A stretch of 64,000 nucleotides of DNA from Octopus vulgaris (GCA_951406725.2 OX597834.1:43896001-43960000), one strand, 5' to 3'. Counted from the stretch's first letter, positions 1-14,559 are shown. Notes: generated from the sequence alone by a model not told the origin. Numbers and translations: made by a program.

Positions 1-250
1 TATCGACCCCAAAAGGATGAAACGCAAAGTCGACGTCGGCGGAATTTGAACTCAGAACCCTTTCTACTATAAGCACAAGGTCTGAAATTTTGGGGGAGGT
101 TTTAGTCGACTGGTACTTTTTCATCGACTTCGAAAGGATGAAAGACGCAGTCGACCTCGGTGGAATTTGAACTCAGAACGTAAAGACGGACAAAACCCCG
201 CTAAGCATGTCGCCCGGCGTGCTAACGTTTCTGCCAGCCCGTCGCCTTCA
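1..250 (-). mobile_element. SINE family A, two tandem partial copies
   Basis: Reverse complement of GTTCTGAGTTCAAATTCCGCCGAGGTCGACTTTGCCTTTCATCCTTT core, repeated many times in the window; GTTCAAATTCC is B-box-like. Confidence 0.8.
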
Positions 251-1182
251 AGTTTTGTATGTTAATAGCAGTAAAAATAAATGTGGCCTTTTATTGGTGT
301 TCACTCCTTATTTCGCGTTGCCGCTTATTGAGAGCAACATTACATCATTATATCAAACAATTGTAAGGCTTGTTGGTGGAGTTATGAATATTTTGTCAAA
401 GTAAGGCTTATAAAAATTAATATTCTAACATTCAAATATATAATAAATATGACAACTGTACAAAATATTATTATGTTAATGAAAGATAGCGTAAAATCTC
501 AATGAATAAAAGAGGATGTAGAGAGACACAAAAAAGGAGATAGAAAGAAATGAATTGTATAAATGTGACAAAATATATTCAAAACAGGGAAGATGGGTAA
601 AGCAAGAGAGAGAAATAAATAATGAGCGAGTGATAACGAAAATTGCGTTATTTAATGAAATTTTGTGTATCACAAAAGATACAATAAGTCTTACATCTAC
701 GTTTATAAGGGAGAAGAAAGAAAAGAAATGTGAGGCGTTGAGGCCATAAAAGTGGCTTCGAACAGAGTGAAAAGGAAATATAGAGAACCGGAAGTAAAAA
801 TAGAATGTGCTTGCGCGGTGAAAGAGAGTGACAAACTAGAGATATATGTTTATTAGGGAGTGGTGATGGGGAAAGCGTCTAGTCTACATGGGAAGAAAAA
901 AGGAGGACGATGTAAGCGATAGAGGCATTGAAAAATAAAAATATGCGAGATAAAAAATATCAGGGAAGAGAAAAGGGGGTAATAAAAAGCACAAAAGAAA
1001 AATGGGGAGGGCGAGAAATAATATAAGCATCGATAGCAAAAAAGCTGGAGTAAAGTAAGAGTATTAAAATATAATTAAATAAATTGAAAATGTTCATAAT
1101 AAAATCAAATGTAATACAATAAAAGTGAAGAGCGAAAGTTCATTATAGCCAATCGCCGAAGTGATGTCTTTTGCCGATATCA

Positions 1183-1316
1183 TTTCCTGCTCTAAGCACA
1201 ATGCCTGAAATTTTGGGGGAGGGAGGCCCAGTCGATTAGATCGACCCCAGTACGCAGCTGGTACTTAATTTATTGATCTCGAAAGGATGAAAGGCTAAGT
1301 CGACCTCGGCGGAAGT
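1183..1316 (-). mobile_element. SINE family A fragment
   Basis: gtcgattagatcgaccccagt...ctggtacttaa...aaaggatgaaaggctaagtcgacctcggcggaa. Confidence 0.8.
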
Positions 1317-1389
1317 CTTTTGCCGATATTGAGAGAAACACACAACGATAGAAGCATTACTAGAAAATTACCTTCTTGTGAAATCTTTT

Positions 1390-2150
1390 TGAAACTAAAT
1401 GTAAGTTAGTGAAACTGCATAACCCCAAGTGAGTGGGGATCTAAACATTGTTGAAATATACCAAAGTAATTTCAAGAAGACTGAAAAATTTCAACGAAGT
1501 TCTACCTTTATAATCAGTCTTTCATCCTGTGACCGGGATAAAGTTTCTCAAGATGAAATTATGTTGGTAGAAATTATTTGAGACAAATCCATTCCTGGAA
1601 TTCGACAAATTAACGGGAAATTTCATGACAAAGAGTTTATCTTGGTACATAGACAACTTGAGCCAAGTTCTTTAAAACATGACTCAGAAAATTCTATCAC
1701 TAGTGATGGTGTTTCAAAATATGGTAAACCCTCATCTTTTAGTCATCGGAACTTAATTAACTGACGAAATATTCTCGAAAAAGCTTTTGTACTGCCTTTT
1801 CTTTTAGCCAAAAATCAAATTCATCATACTGCTAGTACAGTTGTAACTAACATTCAGAGTTTCTGTGTAAAAATCTTGTTGTATCTATATACAGCAGGGA
1901 AGTGCTTAAGACAGTTTTAACAATATTGAAAACAACACCCTAGACTGGAAGGGGGATTAAAACAGATCACATTGCTCTTGCACAGCTATTTATATATTAG
2001 GAGTTGTCACCGTCTGATACAAACACTAATTCTTCGCTGTTATATTACCGTACTACACAATTTGGCAATCTTTTACCTGGTGAAATACTAGGTGTGCAGC
2101 GATCATTTTTATTTTCTAGATTCTTCAGATCTATCTCACTAGATTTCTTA
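1390..2150 (+). mobile_element. Possible highly decayed Penelope-like element C-terminal (GIY-YIG side) remnant
   Basis: Broken frames give LHNPK, FILVHRQ..SLK and GVSKYGKPS in the order expected for PLE THNP / RQP.NLK / CGKPxC motifs; many stops. Confidence 0.3.
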
Positions 2151-2477
2151 ACAAGCTGCTTAATATTTACTTCTGCTTAGACTTAGTGTAATATGTACAA
2201 GAGATGACTACAAAGATGCTGCTTGTGATTACTGAGTTACTCAAATGTCTTGATGACATTTTTTCCAAGCCGATTTGACTAAAAGACATTCATATAGCTG
2301 AAAATTAACAGGTCATTATCTCTATGAAAGCCGGAGACTGTGAGAAGTCATTTCGTCTCGAGGTAGATGAAGATATATAAGACTACAAGCGCGGAAACGA
2401 CAACCTTATCATAACAACCAATGACCATACGTTACGGGTCATAACCTTTGCCAAAATGCTGTCTTAGATATTAATAA

Positions 2478-2850
2478 TGGTTTCAAATTTTGGCACAAGG
2501 CCAGCAAGTTTAGTGGAGCTGTCATGTGGATCACATCAACCCTATTACTTAACTGGTACCTATATAATCGACCTCACTATTCAACTGGTACTTATTTTAT
2601 CGATCCCGAAAGGGATGAAACGCAAAGTCGACCTCGGTGGAATTTGAACTCAGAACGTAAACACGGAATAAATACCACTAAGCATTTTGCCCGGCATGTT
2701 AACGACTCTGCCAGTTCTCCACCTTTCCTCAAATATTTATAATCTATTTCTTTATTGCTCACAGGGGGCTAAACACAGAGGGGACAAACAAGGACAGACA
2801 AGGATTAAGTCGATTAAATCGACCCCAGTGCGTAACTGGTACTTATTTAT
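2478..2850 (-). mobile_element. SINE family A copies (one near-complete plus a tail fragment)
   Basis: Family A core at 2590-2720; tail aggggctaaacacagaggggacaaac at 2760-2850. Confidence 0.8.
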
Positions 2851-2852
2851 AA

Positions 2853-2856
<4 letters not shown>

Positions 2857-2929
<73 letters not shown>

Positions 2930-2964
2930 TCACTGCCTGGATACGCCATATGATAATAATGATG

Positions 2965-3041
<77 letters not shown>

Positions 3042-3199
3042 GACATCAACATCAACACCATCCTCATTGTTATCATCATTTTCATCAGCATCATCATCAA
3101 CAACAGCAGCAGCAACAACAACATCAACAACAGGAACAACAACAACAGCAACAACATCATAATCCTCATCATCATCATCATGTTCCTCATTTTTATCAT

Positions 3200-3231
<32 letters not shown>

Positions 3232-3652
3232 GCAACAGCAACAACAACAACATCAATATCGACAGCAGCATCAATATCTGCAACATCAGCAGCAACCGCC
3301 CGCCCCCCATCCCTCCATCCATCCATTAACGGTTAGTATATTCTTTACTCCTACCAAATACTGTTAAATGTTCTTCGGAAAGGAATCTGGGGAGAGAAAC
3401 TCCATCAACAATGGCGCCGGAAAGACTCGATGCGACGTTTGCACAATTTCTCACATCCACTCCTCTCACCGCTGCTGATGCTGCTGATGTTGATGCTGTT
3501 GGTGTTGTTGTTGTTGATGTTTTTGCTGCTGTTCTCGTAATTGTTGTTGTTGTTATTGCTGTCGCACTTGTTGTTGTTGTTGCTGCTGTTACTGCTGCTG
3601 TTGATGAGGATGATGAGGAGGAGGAAAATGATGAGGATGATGATGATGATAA

Positions 3653-3707
<55 letters not shown>

Positions 3708-3770
3708 GTTATTGTTATTATTATTATTATTATTTTGTTATTGTTATTATTATGATTATTATTATTATTA

Positions 3771-3829
<59 letters not shown>

Positions 3830-3836
3830 TATGTTA

Positions 3837-3883
<47 letters not shown>

Positions 3884-3919
3884 TTGTTAGTGTTATTATT
3901 ATGATTATTATTATTATTA

Positions 3920-3963
<44 letters not shown>

Positions 3964-4655
3964 GTTATTGTTATTATTATTATAATTATAATTATTATTA
4001 TTATTATTGTTATTATTGTTATTGTTATTATTATTATTTTGTTATTGCTATTATTAATATTATTGTTATTATTATGATTATTATTATTATCATTATTATT
4101 ATTATTATCATTATTATTATTGTTATTGTTATTATTATTATAATAATAATAATAATAATTATTATTATTATTGTTATTGTTATTATTATTATAATTATAA
4201 TTATTATTATTATTATTGTTATTATTGTTATTGTTATTATTATTATTTTGTTATTGCTATTATTATTATTATTGTTATTATTATGATTATTATTATTACT
4301 ATTATTATTAATATTATTGTTATTATTATGATTTTATTATTATTATCATTATTATTATTATTATCATTATTATTATTGTTATTATTATTATTATTATAAT
4401 AATAATAATAATTATTATTATTATTATTATTATTGTTATTATTGTTATTGTTGTTATTATTATTATTATTATTGTTATTATTGTTATTGTTGTTATTATT
4501 ATTATTATTATTATTATTGTTATTATTATGATTATTATTATTATTGTCATTATTATTGTTATTATTGTTTTTGTTATTATTATTATTTTGTTATTGTTAT
4601 TATTATTATTATTATTGTTATTATTAATATTATTATTATTATTTTATTTTTATTA

Positions 4656-4699
<44 letters not shown>

Positions 4700-5060
4700 G
4701 TTATTATTGTTATTATTATTATTTTGTTATTGTTATTATTATTATTGTTATCATTATTAATATTATTATTATTATTGTGTTGTTATTGTTATTGTTGTAA
4801 CTGAAGGCATTGCTGCTGCTGGTGCCGCTGCTGCTGCTACTGTTTCCTTCATTGCTGTTGTTCTTGTTGTTGTTGTTAATATTATACTCGTAATTGTTGT
4901 TGGCGCGTTGCTGTTGTTGTTGATGATGATGGTCGTGATGATGATGTCGTTATTGTAGTTATTGTTGTTGCTGCTGTCGATGAGGAGGAGGAGAATGCTG
5001 CTGTTGCTACTGATGTTGCTGCTGATGATGATGTCGTCGTGGTTGTTGTTGTTGTTGTTG
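2857..5060. repeat. Compound trinucleotide microsatellite field (TTA/ATA, CAA/CAG/CAT, GTT/GCT/GAT)
   Basis: Directly visible; explains poly-I/L/N/Y ORFs. Confidence 0.97.
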
Positions 5061-5311
5061 TATAATTAGTTAAGGTATCACGTGTATGCAACATTGGAGA
5101 AATAATCTGGATAGCTTCTGTCAAAAATTAAAACATCTTACGTCTTGTTTAGAAAAGAAACGGGGGGGGGGCAAGGATGGGAGTTGAGGGGATAGGGTGG
5201 GGGAGCATCAATGATTTGGCGCCGTCAGACGTTAAGGGACTTTCATGCTGTCGACTAGTTATGTCGGCTGGGTTGAATTTTTGCTTCGTTTATCAATTAG
5301 CACATAAATAT

Positions 5312-6245
5312 GGGAGGAAGAGAAAGGAAGAGGAGGAAGAGGGTTGAGGATGAGAAGGGGAAGAAGAAGAAGGAGAAGAAGAAGAAGAAGAAGAAGAGAA
5401 AGAGGAGGAGGAGGAGGAGGGGGGAAAGAAAAGATGAAAGAAGAAAAAAGAAGAGAAAGAGAGGGAGGAAGAGGTGGGGGAGTAGAGGAAAGAAGAAGAA
5501 AAAGAAGAAGAGAAAGAGAAGAAGAAGAAGAAGAAGAAGAAGAGAAAGAGAAGAAGAAGAAGAAGAAGAAGAGAAAAAGAAGAAGAAGAAGAAGAAGAAG
5601 AAGAGAGTAAAGAAGAAGGAGGAGGAGAGGGAAGAAAGAAGAAAAGAGGAAAGAAGTAAAAGAAGAGAAAGAGAGGGAGGAAGAGGAGGGGGAGTAGAGG
5701 AAAGAAGAAGAAAAAAAAGAAGAGAGAGAGATGGGGAGAGATGGAGGAATGGAGGGAGGGAGGGAAGAGAGAGACTAAAAGAGAGTGAGAGAGGAAGGAG
5801 AGTTTCAGCGCGATATTGTACTTAGAACTAGCAACAGCGATGAAGTGTTGAGCCATTCCTGGTGGATGATGATGTTGTTGGCAGGAGGAGGCGGGGACAG
5901 TGGTTGGATGTGGGGGGTAGAGGTGAGAGGATAGTGGTGATGGTGGTGGTGGTGATGGTGGCGGTGGTGATGGTGGTTGTGGTTGTCGTGACGTCATGGT
6001 AGTGATGATGGTAATGACAATTGTGACGATATTGTCGTTGGTGTTGTTGCTGTTGTTAGTTGTAGTGGTGGTGGTGGTAGATGTGGTGGTGGTAGTGATG
6101 GACGTGGCGGCGGCAGTGGTGGTGGTGAGAGTATTTATCATGACTGCAGTTGCGTTTTTTTCTGATGGTCTTGTTGTAGTCAGTGATGGTTATGATGGTG
6201 TTATTGCTGGCAGTGGTGATCGTGGTGATGTTGATGTAGTGCTGA

Positions 6246-6286
<41 letters not shown>

Positions 6287-6320
6287 ACAGCAGCAGCAAC
6301 AGTACTACTACTACTACTTC
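5312..6320. repeat. GAA/GA purine tract followed by GGT/GTA repeats
   Basis: Directly visible. Confidence 0.95.
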
Positions 6321-6324
6321 CATA

Positions 6325-6642
6325 ACGACTGACCATGGGATTGCACTCAGAAAGTTACCCTCCCAAGCACTAATCCGGGCAAGGTGTTGTTTATGGAAGA
6401 CCAGCAGTCGGCCATGCTTATCCGACCTCCCCTCTCCACGCCACCACTGATGTTTTCCAAGGCAAAGGGGCCGATACAGCTTGGCACCTGCGACGTCGCA
6501 ACTCATTTCTACAGGTGAGTGAACTGGAGCAACGTGAAATAAAGTGCCTTGCTCAAGAACACAACACACAACCCTGTCCGGGATTCGAACTCACAATCTT
6601 ACGATCGTAATCTCGACGCTCTAACCACTGAGCCATGCGCCT
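6325..6642 (-). mobile_element. tRNA-derived SINE family C
   Basis: Minus head GGCGCATGGCTCAGTGGTTAGAGCG...GAGTTCGAATCCC (A and B boxes); body TTCTTGAGCAAGGCACTTTATTTCACGTTGCTCC. Confidence 0.9.
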
Positions 6643-6799
6643 ACAAGCAGTATATATCTCGAGAAAATATCTCTTATAGACGCACAGACTCCAAATTGAA
6701 TACCACAGTTTAGAAGGCTTTCAGTATGTTTCAAGTACATTATGAAGATCACTAATTTGAAGTAACTATCATTATAATTATTATAATTATTACCTTTAA

Positions 6800-7782
6800 T
6801 AGTATCGTTCGTGCGCTGGATAAAAATGCTTGATTTCCTGAGTTCAAATACTGAAGATGTTGACTTTGGATTTCATCCACAGGGGGTCGATGAAAAGGCT
6901 ACCTGTTGAGTGCTGGCGTCAAAATATTCAATTTACTTGCCCTGCAAAATTTCACGCCCTGTACCTTTAGTAGAAAGTATTAATAAAATTGTTGTCGTTG
7001 TTGTTATTGTTGTTGTTGTTGTTGTTGTTGATGGTGTTATTGTTGTTGTTGTTATTATTATTATCATTATTATAAAGTCGGCGGGTTAGCCGAATCGTTA
7101 GCACACCGCGTGAAACGCTCAACGGTATTTCATCCACCACTCCGTTCTGAGTTCAAATTCCACCGAATTCGACTTTGCCTTTTATCCGTTCGGGTCGATA
7201 AATTAAGTACCAGTGAAACACAGGGATCGATGTAATCAATAAGTCCCCTCCCTCAAAATTTCGGGCTTTGTGCCTATAGTAGAAAGGATTATTATTATTA
7301 TTATTATTATCATTGTTGTTGTATTGAAATTCACAATTTATATTGCTAGGTGTGATGGAAAGTATCAGCTATCCACAGGTATCCAGCAGTGTGCTGTCAG
7401 GAACATTAGCACGCCAGGTGAAATGCTTAGCGGTATTTCGTCTGCCGCTATGTTCTGAGTTCAAATTCCGCCGAGGTCAACTTTGCCTTTCATCTTTTCG
7501 GGGTCGATTAAATAAGTACCAGTTATACACTGGGGTCGATATAATCGACTTAATCCGTTTGTCTGTCCTTGTTTGTCCCCTCTGTGTTTAGCCCCTTGTG
7601 AGTAGTAAAGAAATAGGCATTTCGTCTGCCGTTACGTTCTGAGTTCAAATTCCGTCGAGGTCAACTTTGCCTTTCATCCTTTCGCGATCGATAAATCAAG
7701 TACCAGTTGCGTTCTGGAGTCGATCTAGTCGATTGGCCCTCTCCCATCAAAATTTCGAGCTTTGTGCCTAGAGTAGAAAATA
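6800..7782 (+). mobile_element. Cluster of SINE family A copies (about 6800-6985, 7078-7290, and tandem pair 7400-7782)
   Basis: Repeated gttctgagttcaaattcc...ctttgcctttcatcc core. Confidence 0.8.
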
Positions 7783-8246
7783 TTATTATTATTGTTGTTG
7801 TTGTTGTTGATGACGATGATGTCCTTGTTGTTGCGATTGTTATTGGAGCTGTTGTTGTTCTTATTACTATTGTTATTACCATGACTCTGAGCATTATCAT
7901 CTTTATTATCATTATTACTTGTGCAATATTATCGATATAATAATCTCAATATATATAAATATCGTCACTTAAAACAACTCGAGGGAAATTACGAAGCAGC
8001 GCAAGTGATATTAAAAGTATCGTGAATTGGGCGCTGGTAATCTTTGGTGAAAGACAGACGACAGAGAGGCGGGGAGAGGGGGGGGGAGAAAGAGAGAGAG
8101 ACAGAAAGAAAGAGAGAGAGGGGGAGAGGGGATAGAGAGAAAGAGAGAGAGAAGAGAATTGTAAATAGAAGCGAATTAATAAAACAAGCCCCCCTCCCCC
8201 CCCCAAAAAAAATGGCTGAATGACAAAACGATGTAAGAGTATAATG

Positions 8247-8249
<3 letters not shown>

Positions 8250-8321
<72 letters not shown>

Positions 8322-8803
8322 ATGTATGCGTGTGTCCGTGAGTGTGTATCTGTGTGTGTGTATATATATATGTATATATATATGTGTGTGTGTGTGTGTG
8401 TATCTATGTAATATATATATAAATATACATACATGCACACATATATATTTACATAGGTGTATATATACATGAATTCATATATACAGAAATATGTACACAC
8501 ACACACATACACACTCACACACACATACACACTCACACACACATGCACACGTATATATATACATAGTTACACACACACATATGTATATATATATGTGTAA
8601 CTATGTGTGTATAAATGTATGCGTTTGCATGTATGCATATACTGTGTATATATGTATATATGTAGGTATATATGTATGTATGTAAGTGTGTGTATGTATG
8701 TGTGTGTTGATAGATAGATACATACATACATACATACATATAAGTATATATGAATGTATGTATGTATAAACAAAGAAAGTATTGTAGTACAGTGTGTGTG
8801 TAT

Positions 8804-8841
<38 letters not shown>

Positions 8842-8978
8842 GGGGTGTCTGAAATATAGATAGGCTGATAGGTTGATAGATAGGTATGCGTATATATTTA
8901 TATATATGAATATGTATATGTATGTATGCATGCGTTTAGTTATCTGTGCATTTATGTAGTGGTTTACGTATGTGAATG

Positions 8979-9045
<67 letters not shown>

Positions 9046-9454
9046 GTGATCCGATAGATTTCCCTGTAGTCTTTATATGATGTCATTTCTGGCTCATCCT
9101 ATCTTAATGACGTTGAATCTGTAAGTCGAACATCGTCTCTTCCCTGGGAATAGACAGGGTGAAAGAGAGAGGAAGAGAGAGAAAGAGAGAGAGAAAGGAA
9201 GGAAGGAAGGAAGGAGGGAGAAAAGTCGAATGCGGGGATGAGGAAATATCATTAGGTATACAGCGTGAGAGATGGGGGGCGGGACGTGAAGCGAACGAAA
9301 GAGAAGGGAAAAAGGAACGGAGAGAGATGTAGGAATAAATGTCTGCGACAAGAAATGATAATTAATTTTCTCGTTTTATTGGTTGCGTAATTGTCGGCTG
9401 GTAATTGGGACACACTCAACGCTAACAATGCTGATTATCACTATTGACATTACG

Positions 9455-9536
<82 letters not shown>

Positions 9537-9801
9537 ATGGTAGTGGTAGTAACTGTTGCAGTTGTTGTATATGTATGTGTATACATATGTATGTATGTAT
9601 GTATGCATGCATGTATGCATGCATGTATGGATGTATGTATGTATGTGTGTATGTATTTATGTATGTATGTATGTATGTGTGTATGTATGTATGCATGTGT
9701 GTATGTATGTATGTGTGTATGTATGTATGTATGAGTGTGTATATGTTTGTATGTATGTATGTATGCATGTATGTATGTATGTATGTATGTATGTATGCAT
9801 G

Positions 9802-9833
<32 letters not shown>

Positions 9834-10021
9834 CATGTATGAATGTATGTATGCATGTATGTGTGTATGTATGTATGTATATATACATGTATGTATGTAC
9901 GTATGCATGTATGTATGTATGTATGTATGTATGTATGTATGTATGTATGTATGTATGTATGAATATATGTATTTATGTATGTTTGTATGTATGTATGTAT
10001 GTATGTATGTATGTATGTATG
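8250..10021. repeat. (TG)n, (TA)n, (GTA)n and (TATG)n microsatellite fields
   Basis: Directly visible, with short unique islands. Confidence 0.95.
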
Positions 10022-10160
10022 TAGTTTGGTGTATATGCAATGTATTGTTGACTAAGGGAGTAAATTGCATGCATATTGCAGCATTGCAATGTGTTCTGCC
10101 TTCAAATCCCAATCAGATCACATTCAGATCGATAAAATAAAGTATCAATCAAATATTCTT

Positions 10161-10340
10161 GCTTAGCGGCATTTCGTCCGTCTTTACTTTCTGAGTTCAA
10201 ATTCCACCGAAGTCATCTCTGCCTTTCATCCTTTCTGGGGTCGATATAAAATAGTACCAGTTTAACACTGGTGTCGATATATTCGACATTACCCCACTCC
10301 CGAAATGTCAGGCCTTGTGCCTATAACAGAAAGGATTATT
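10161..10340 (+). mobile_element. SINE family A copy
   Basis: gcttagcggcatttcgtcc...ctgagttcaaattcc...gcctttcatcctt. Confidence 0.75.
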
Positions 10341-10367
10341 GTTATTATTACAGTGTGAAAGATTAAC

Positions 10368-10745
10368 GCATGCCATCAAAGTGACACTAGGGTGCAAATA
10401 TACAAGGCCCAGTATACCCATCATGGCTACCCGTCTGATAAAGGTACATTAGGGACATGCATCATAACCATATGTGCGCAACATGGTGATCTTGTATCAA
10501 GATAAATAGCACATGACCTTGCAGTTGGGGCGCAGTTAGAATTTTCTTCAGGTTGAATAGCCCTTCCCGCTCAAAAGGTTCCTGAATAAGGTTTGTTTAA
10601 GGATGATGTACAAAATACCCGTTTCCAGAGGTGAATTATTCAAACCTCAAAGAATTCCTTTATGATGCTCCCCCCGCAACTCTTGCTCGTGATCAGAGAT
10701 GCGCATATCGTCAGCAATTAAGAGACATGCTCAACTGGTTAAGGT
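10368..10745 (-). mobile_element. Interspersed repeat family F (unclassified, SINE-like)
   Basis: Inverted homologue of 40125-40590 (catgctcaactggttaagg; ggctacccgtc; catgaccttgcag). Confidence 0.7.
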
Positions 10746-10976
10746 TGTTAAGAACTTGTTTTCTTGATCCCAAAAGGACGAAAGGCAAAGTCAACCTCGG
10801 TAGCATTAATATTATCAACATTGGTACACAATGGTTAGAGGAATCGTTGGATATTTAAACAAATTGCCCTGCAATATTTAGTCAACAGTTCTATGCGCTC
10901 TGAGTTCACCATTGCAGAGTCGATAACACATAAAGTGCTATTCAAGAACTGTTGCTGATATAATCGATTATATATA

Positions 10977-11166
10977 GGTGGGAGAAGAATTCACAAAAAA
11001 TAAAACAAAAGACGAAGATAGGTGGTGTGGACAACAAACAGTTGTATTAGTATAACGCTCGGGAAGTGAAAAAGGCTTTAACGTTTCGAACCTACGCTCT
11101 TCCAGATAAAGAAAGAAAGAAAGAAACAAGGAGAGAAAATAGAGTGGCTAGCGATCTATCATTTGC
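10977..11166 (-). mobile_element. Short hammerhead-bearing element H1 (degenerate core), flanked by TA repeats
   Basis: Homologous to 18058-18264; minus strand ctggaagagcgtaggttcgaaacgttaaag. Confidence 0.7.
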
Positions 11167-11548
11167 TATATATATATATATATATATATATATAGCAAAT
11201 GTATGTATTAGTCTTTGTCAATATAATCCTATTTCTTCTGTATATATAGTCTTATTGCATTTCGCACCTGAAGTCTCATATTTAAGTGGTGATTGATAAA
11301 GATATCTAAAGAAATAATTAAAAAAATGAAGGTAAATGAAAATTTAAAATCGGAAAGAGAAATTAATCAAAATTTAATCACTAAATATGTGAGAGACATT
11401 TTTTATATTTGTCTCAACATAAATCTCCGACTTCCAGCAATTCTTAGTAAATGAGAGCAATTAGGTTCGTTTTTTTTAATTTTAATTTTCGATATTATAT
11501 TGTTGTTCTTGTTGTTGTTGTGGTTACCGTTCTTCTTGCTATTGTTGC

Positions 11549-11601
<53 letters not shown>

Positions 11602-11699
11602 TTGTTGTTGTTGTTGCTGCTGCTGCTGCTGTTGTTGTTGTTGTTGCTTAGCTACAGGATGAAACGGAAATTAAGCAAACATAGAATCGTCGAGAATCC

Positions 11700-12700
11700 G
11701 ATTGTGTGGTTAAGAATCTTACATCGTAACCACGTGTTTTTGAGTTCAGTTCCACTGCGCGGCACCCTGAAGATGTGTCTTCTACCGTTGTCCCAAACCG
11801 ACCAATGCCTTTACAGTAGATTTGGTAAACGGAAATTGTGCGGAAGCCCGAAAGGAATTATATCTCTTCTTTTTATCTTGTACTTGTTTCAGTCATTAGA
11901 CTGCGGTCATGCTGGGGCACCAGCTTCCAGAATTTTTAATCGAATGAACTTCTACTTTATTTTAACCTGGTACTTATTTTGTCGGTCTATTTTAGCCGAT
12001 CAGCTATGTTACAGGGACGTAGACACGCAATCACCGGTCGTCACGTGGTGGCGGGGGACCAGACACAAACACACACACATGACTAACTTTATTCAGTTTC
12101 TCTCTTCCAAATCCACTCCCAAGGATTTAGTCGGCCTGAGGCTAGAGAGGTAAACATGCCAGGTGCCATGCAGTGACACTGAACCCGTAAGCAAGCTTCT
12201 TACCACATAGCTACACCTATTTGAATGTAAGGTGATATAATATAATATTTATATATATATATATATCATATTACATTATACCATATCATATTATATGCGT
12301 AGTTTTGGCTGTGTAGTAAGTAGCTTGCTTACCAACCATATGGTTCCGGGTTCAGTCCCACAGTGTGGCATCTTGTGCAAGTGTATTCTACTGCAGCCTC
12401 GGACCGACCAAAGCCTTGTGAGTAGATTTGGTAGATGGAAACTGAAAGAAGCCTGTCGTATATATGTATGTATATATATATATGTATGTGTGTGTATATT
12501 TTTGTGTCTGTGTTTGTCTCCTTAGCATTGCTTGACAACCGATGCTGGTGTGCTTACGTCTCCGTCACTTAGCGGTTCGGCAAAAGAGACCGATAGAATA
12601 AGTACTAGGCTTACAAAGAATAAGTCCTGGGGTCGATTTGCTCGACTAAAGGCGGTACTCTAGCATGGCCACATTCAAATGACTGAAACAAATAAAAAAG
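11700..12700. mobile_element. SINE family B copies (11700-11850 +, 11865-12220 -, 12305-12700 +)
   Basis: GGCTGTGTGGTAAG head, GGTTCAGTCCC B box, CORE-like CTTGGGCAAGT variants, tail CAGCATGGCC...AAATGACTGAAACAA. Confidence 0.85.
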
Positions 12701-12811
12701 AAAGAGAGAAAAGAGAAAGAGTATATGTGTGTGTGTGTGTATATAATCACACACGTATAAACATACATATATATGAGTATGTTTATATATATATATTTAT
12801 ATAAATATAGT

Positions 12812-13187
12812 GGAGGTTCAGTGGTTAGAGCAGCGGACTCGCGGTCGTAGGATCGAGGTTTCGATTCCCAGACTGGGTGTTGTGAGTGTTTATTGAGTGA
12901 AAACACTTAAAGCTCCACGAGCCTCCGGCATGTGGGTGGTGGCGAACCCAGTTGTACTCTTTCACCACAACTTTATCTCACTCTTTCTTCCTGTTTCTTT
13001 TATACCTGTATTTCAAAGGGGTCAGCCTTGTCACACTCTGTATCACGCTGAATCTCCCCGAGAACTACGTTAAGGGCGCAGGTGTCTGTGGTGTGCTCAG
13101 CCACTTTACACGTTAATTTCACGAGCAGGCTGTTCCGTTGATTGGATCAACTGGAACCCTCGTCGTCGTAACCGACGGAGTGCCACG
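12812..13187 (+). mobile_element. tRNA-derived SINE family D
   Basis: cagtggttagagcagcggactcgcggtcgtaggatcgaggtttcgattccc head; homologues at 49139 and 55068. Confidence 0.85.
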
Positions 13188-13348
13188 AATATAAATGTAA
13201 ATATATATATATATATATATGTTTGTGTGTGTGTGCATGCATATATGTATGTATATACATTATTATTATCAGCAAGCACTCACACATATACACAGACGTA
13301 CATAAATAAATAGATAGGTAGAGAGATAGACGCGTACGAACTACCGTA

Positions 13349-13489
<141 letters not shown>

Positions 13490-13814
13490 AATATATATAT
13501 ATATGCACACAGCAAACTCCTATTTTCCCTGCAAAACTGAAAGCCGAATGTCGACTGGATATTATGTGATAATGTACAAAGTTTACAGTTGGTCGCTATC
13601 TCACAATAATATGCAGAGCGTTACCTGGAACTTTGCTGATTTTAAGATCTCTGCGTCTGCTCAGATATGCAGGAGGTGCAGTTTACACGCCAGATGGAGT
13701 AAATTTCTTTGTTTTCAACCGGCTCCTGTAATTGTTCATACGAAAAGATAACGGAAAACGTGTGCAAACGTGGATAAATATGAGTATGTCTATATATCTA
13801 TCTAAGTATATATG

Positions 13815-13891
<77 letters not shown>

Positions 13892-14322
13892 GGATGTTTG
13901 AGTCCATTTCGTACATTATCTTTTCGTACGAGTAACTAAATGCATGAGTTTGCTTATGACAACATGCATTTAAATAGAGATAATGTGAGTATATATGTTG
14001 TGTGTGTGTGTGTGTGTCTGTATGTGTGTGTGTGTGTGTATATGTATGTTTCTGTTTATGTACCTGTGTATATAGATACATACACGTACTTTCTTAAATA
14101 TATGTGTATGTGTCTCTCTAACTTTGTGTGTGTGCGTGTGTTTGTGTGTGTGTGTGCGTGTGTTTGTGTGTGTGTGCGTGTGTGTGTGTGTGTGTCCGTC
14201 CACACTTGCACACATAGATGTTGAAAAATGCCGAGAGTAGAATCAAATTTATTGTGAAAATGAAGTCGACTGGGTCTTCAAGTTTCACTTATTTTCTTGA
14301 ACCATGTATACGCAAATACATG

Positions 14323-14526
14323 CGGTAATCCCTCGACAATCGCGGGTGTTACATTACAAAACACTGCCATGGTAGGTGAAAATTTGCGAAGCATAAACAA
14401 TAGTGTGGTGTATATTTTTATTTTTATTTTAGTAATTTGTATGTATTTATTTTATTACAAATGCAAAACAACACCACGGAAGAATCGACGTAAGCTTAAA
14501 TAATAAATCTCGATATGTGAACCGCG

Positions 14527-14530
<4 letters not shown>
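14323..14530 (+). mobile_element. Tigger/pogo-like MITE fragment
   Basis: Starts cggtaatccctcgacaatcgcggg, resembling CAGT..CCCTCG..TCGCGG Tigger-type termini; other end not found. Confidence 0.4.

Positions 14531-14559
<29 letters not shown>

Noticed and set aside
1758-1792. Hammerhead-like CTGACGA...GAAAAAGCTTTT
   Set aside because: No stem I or stem II pairing; probably chance within decayed coding sequence
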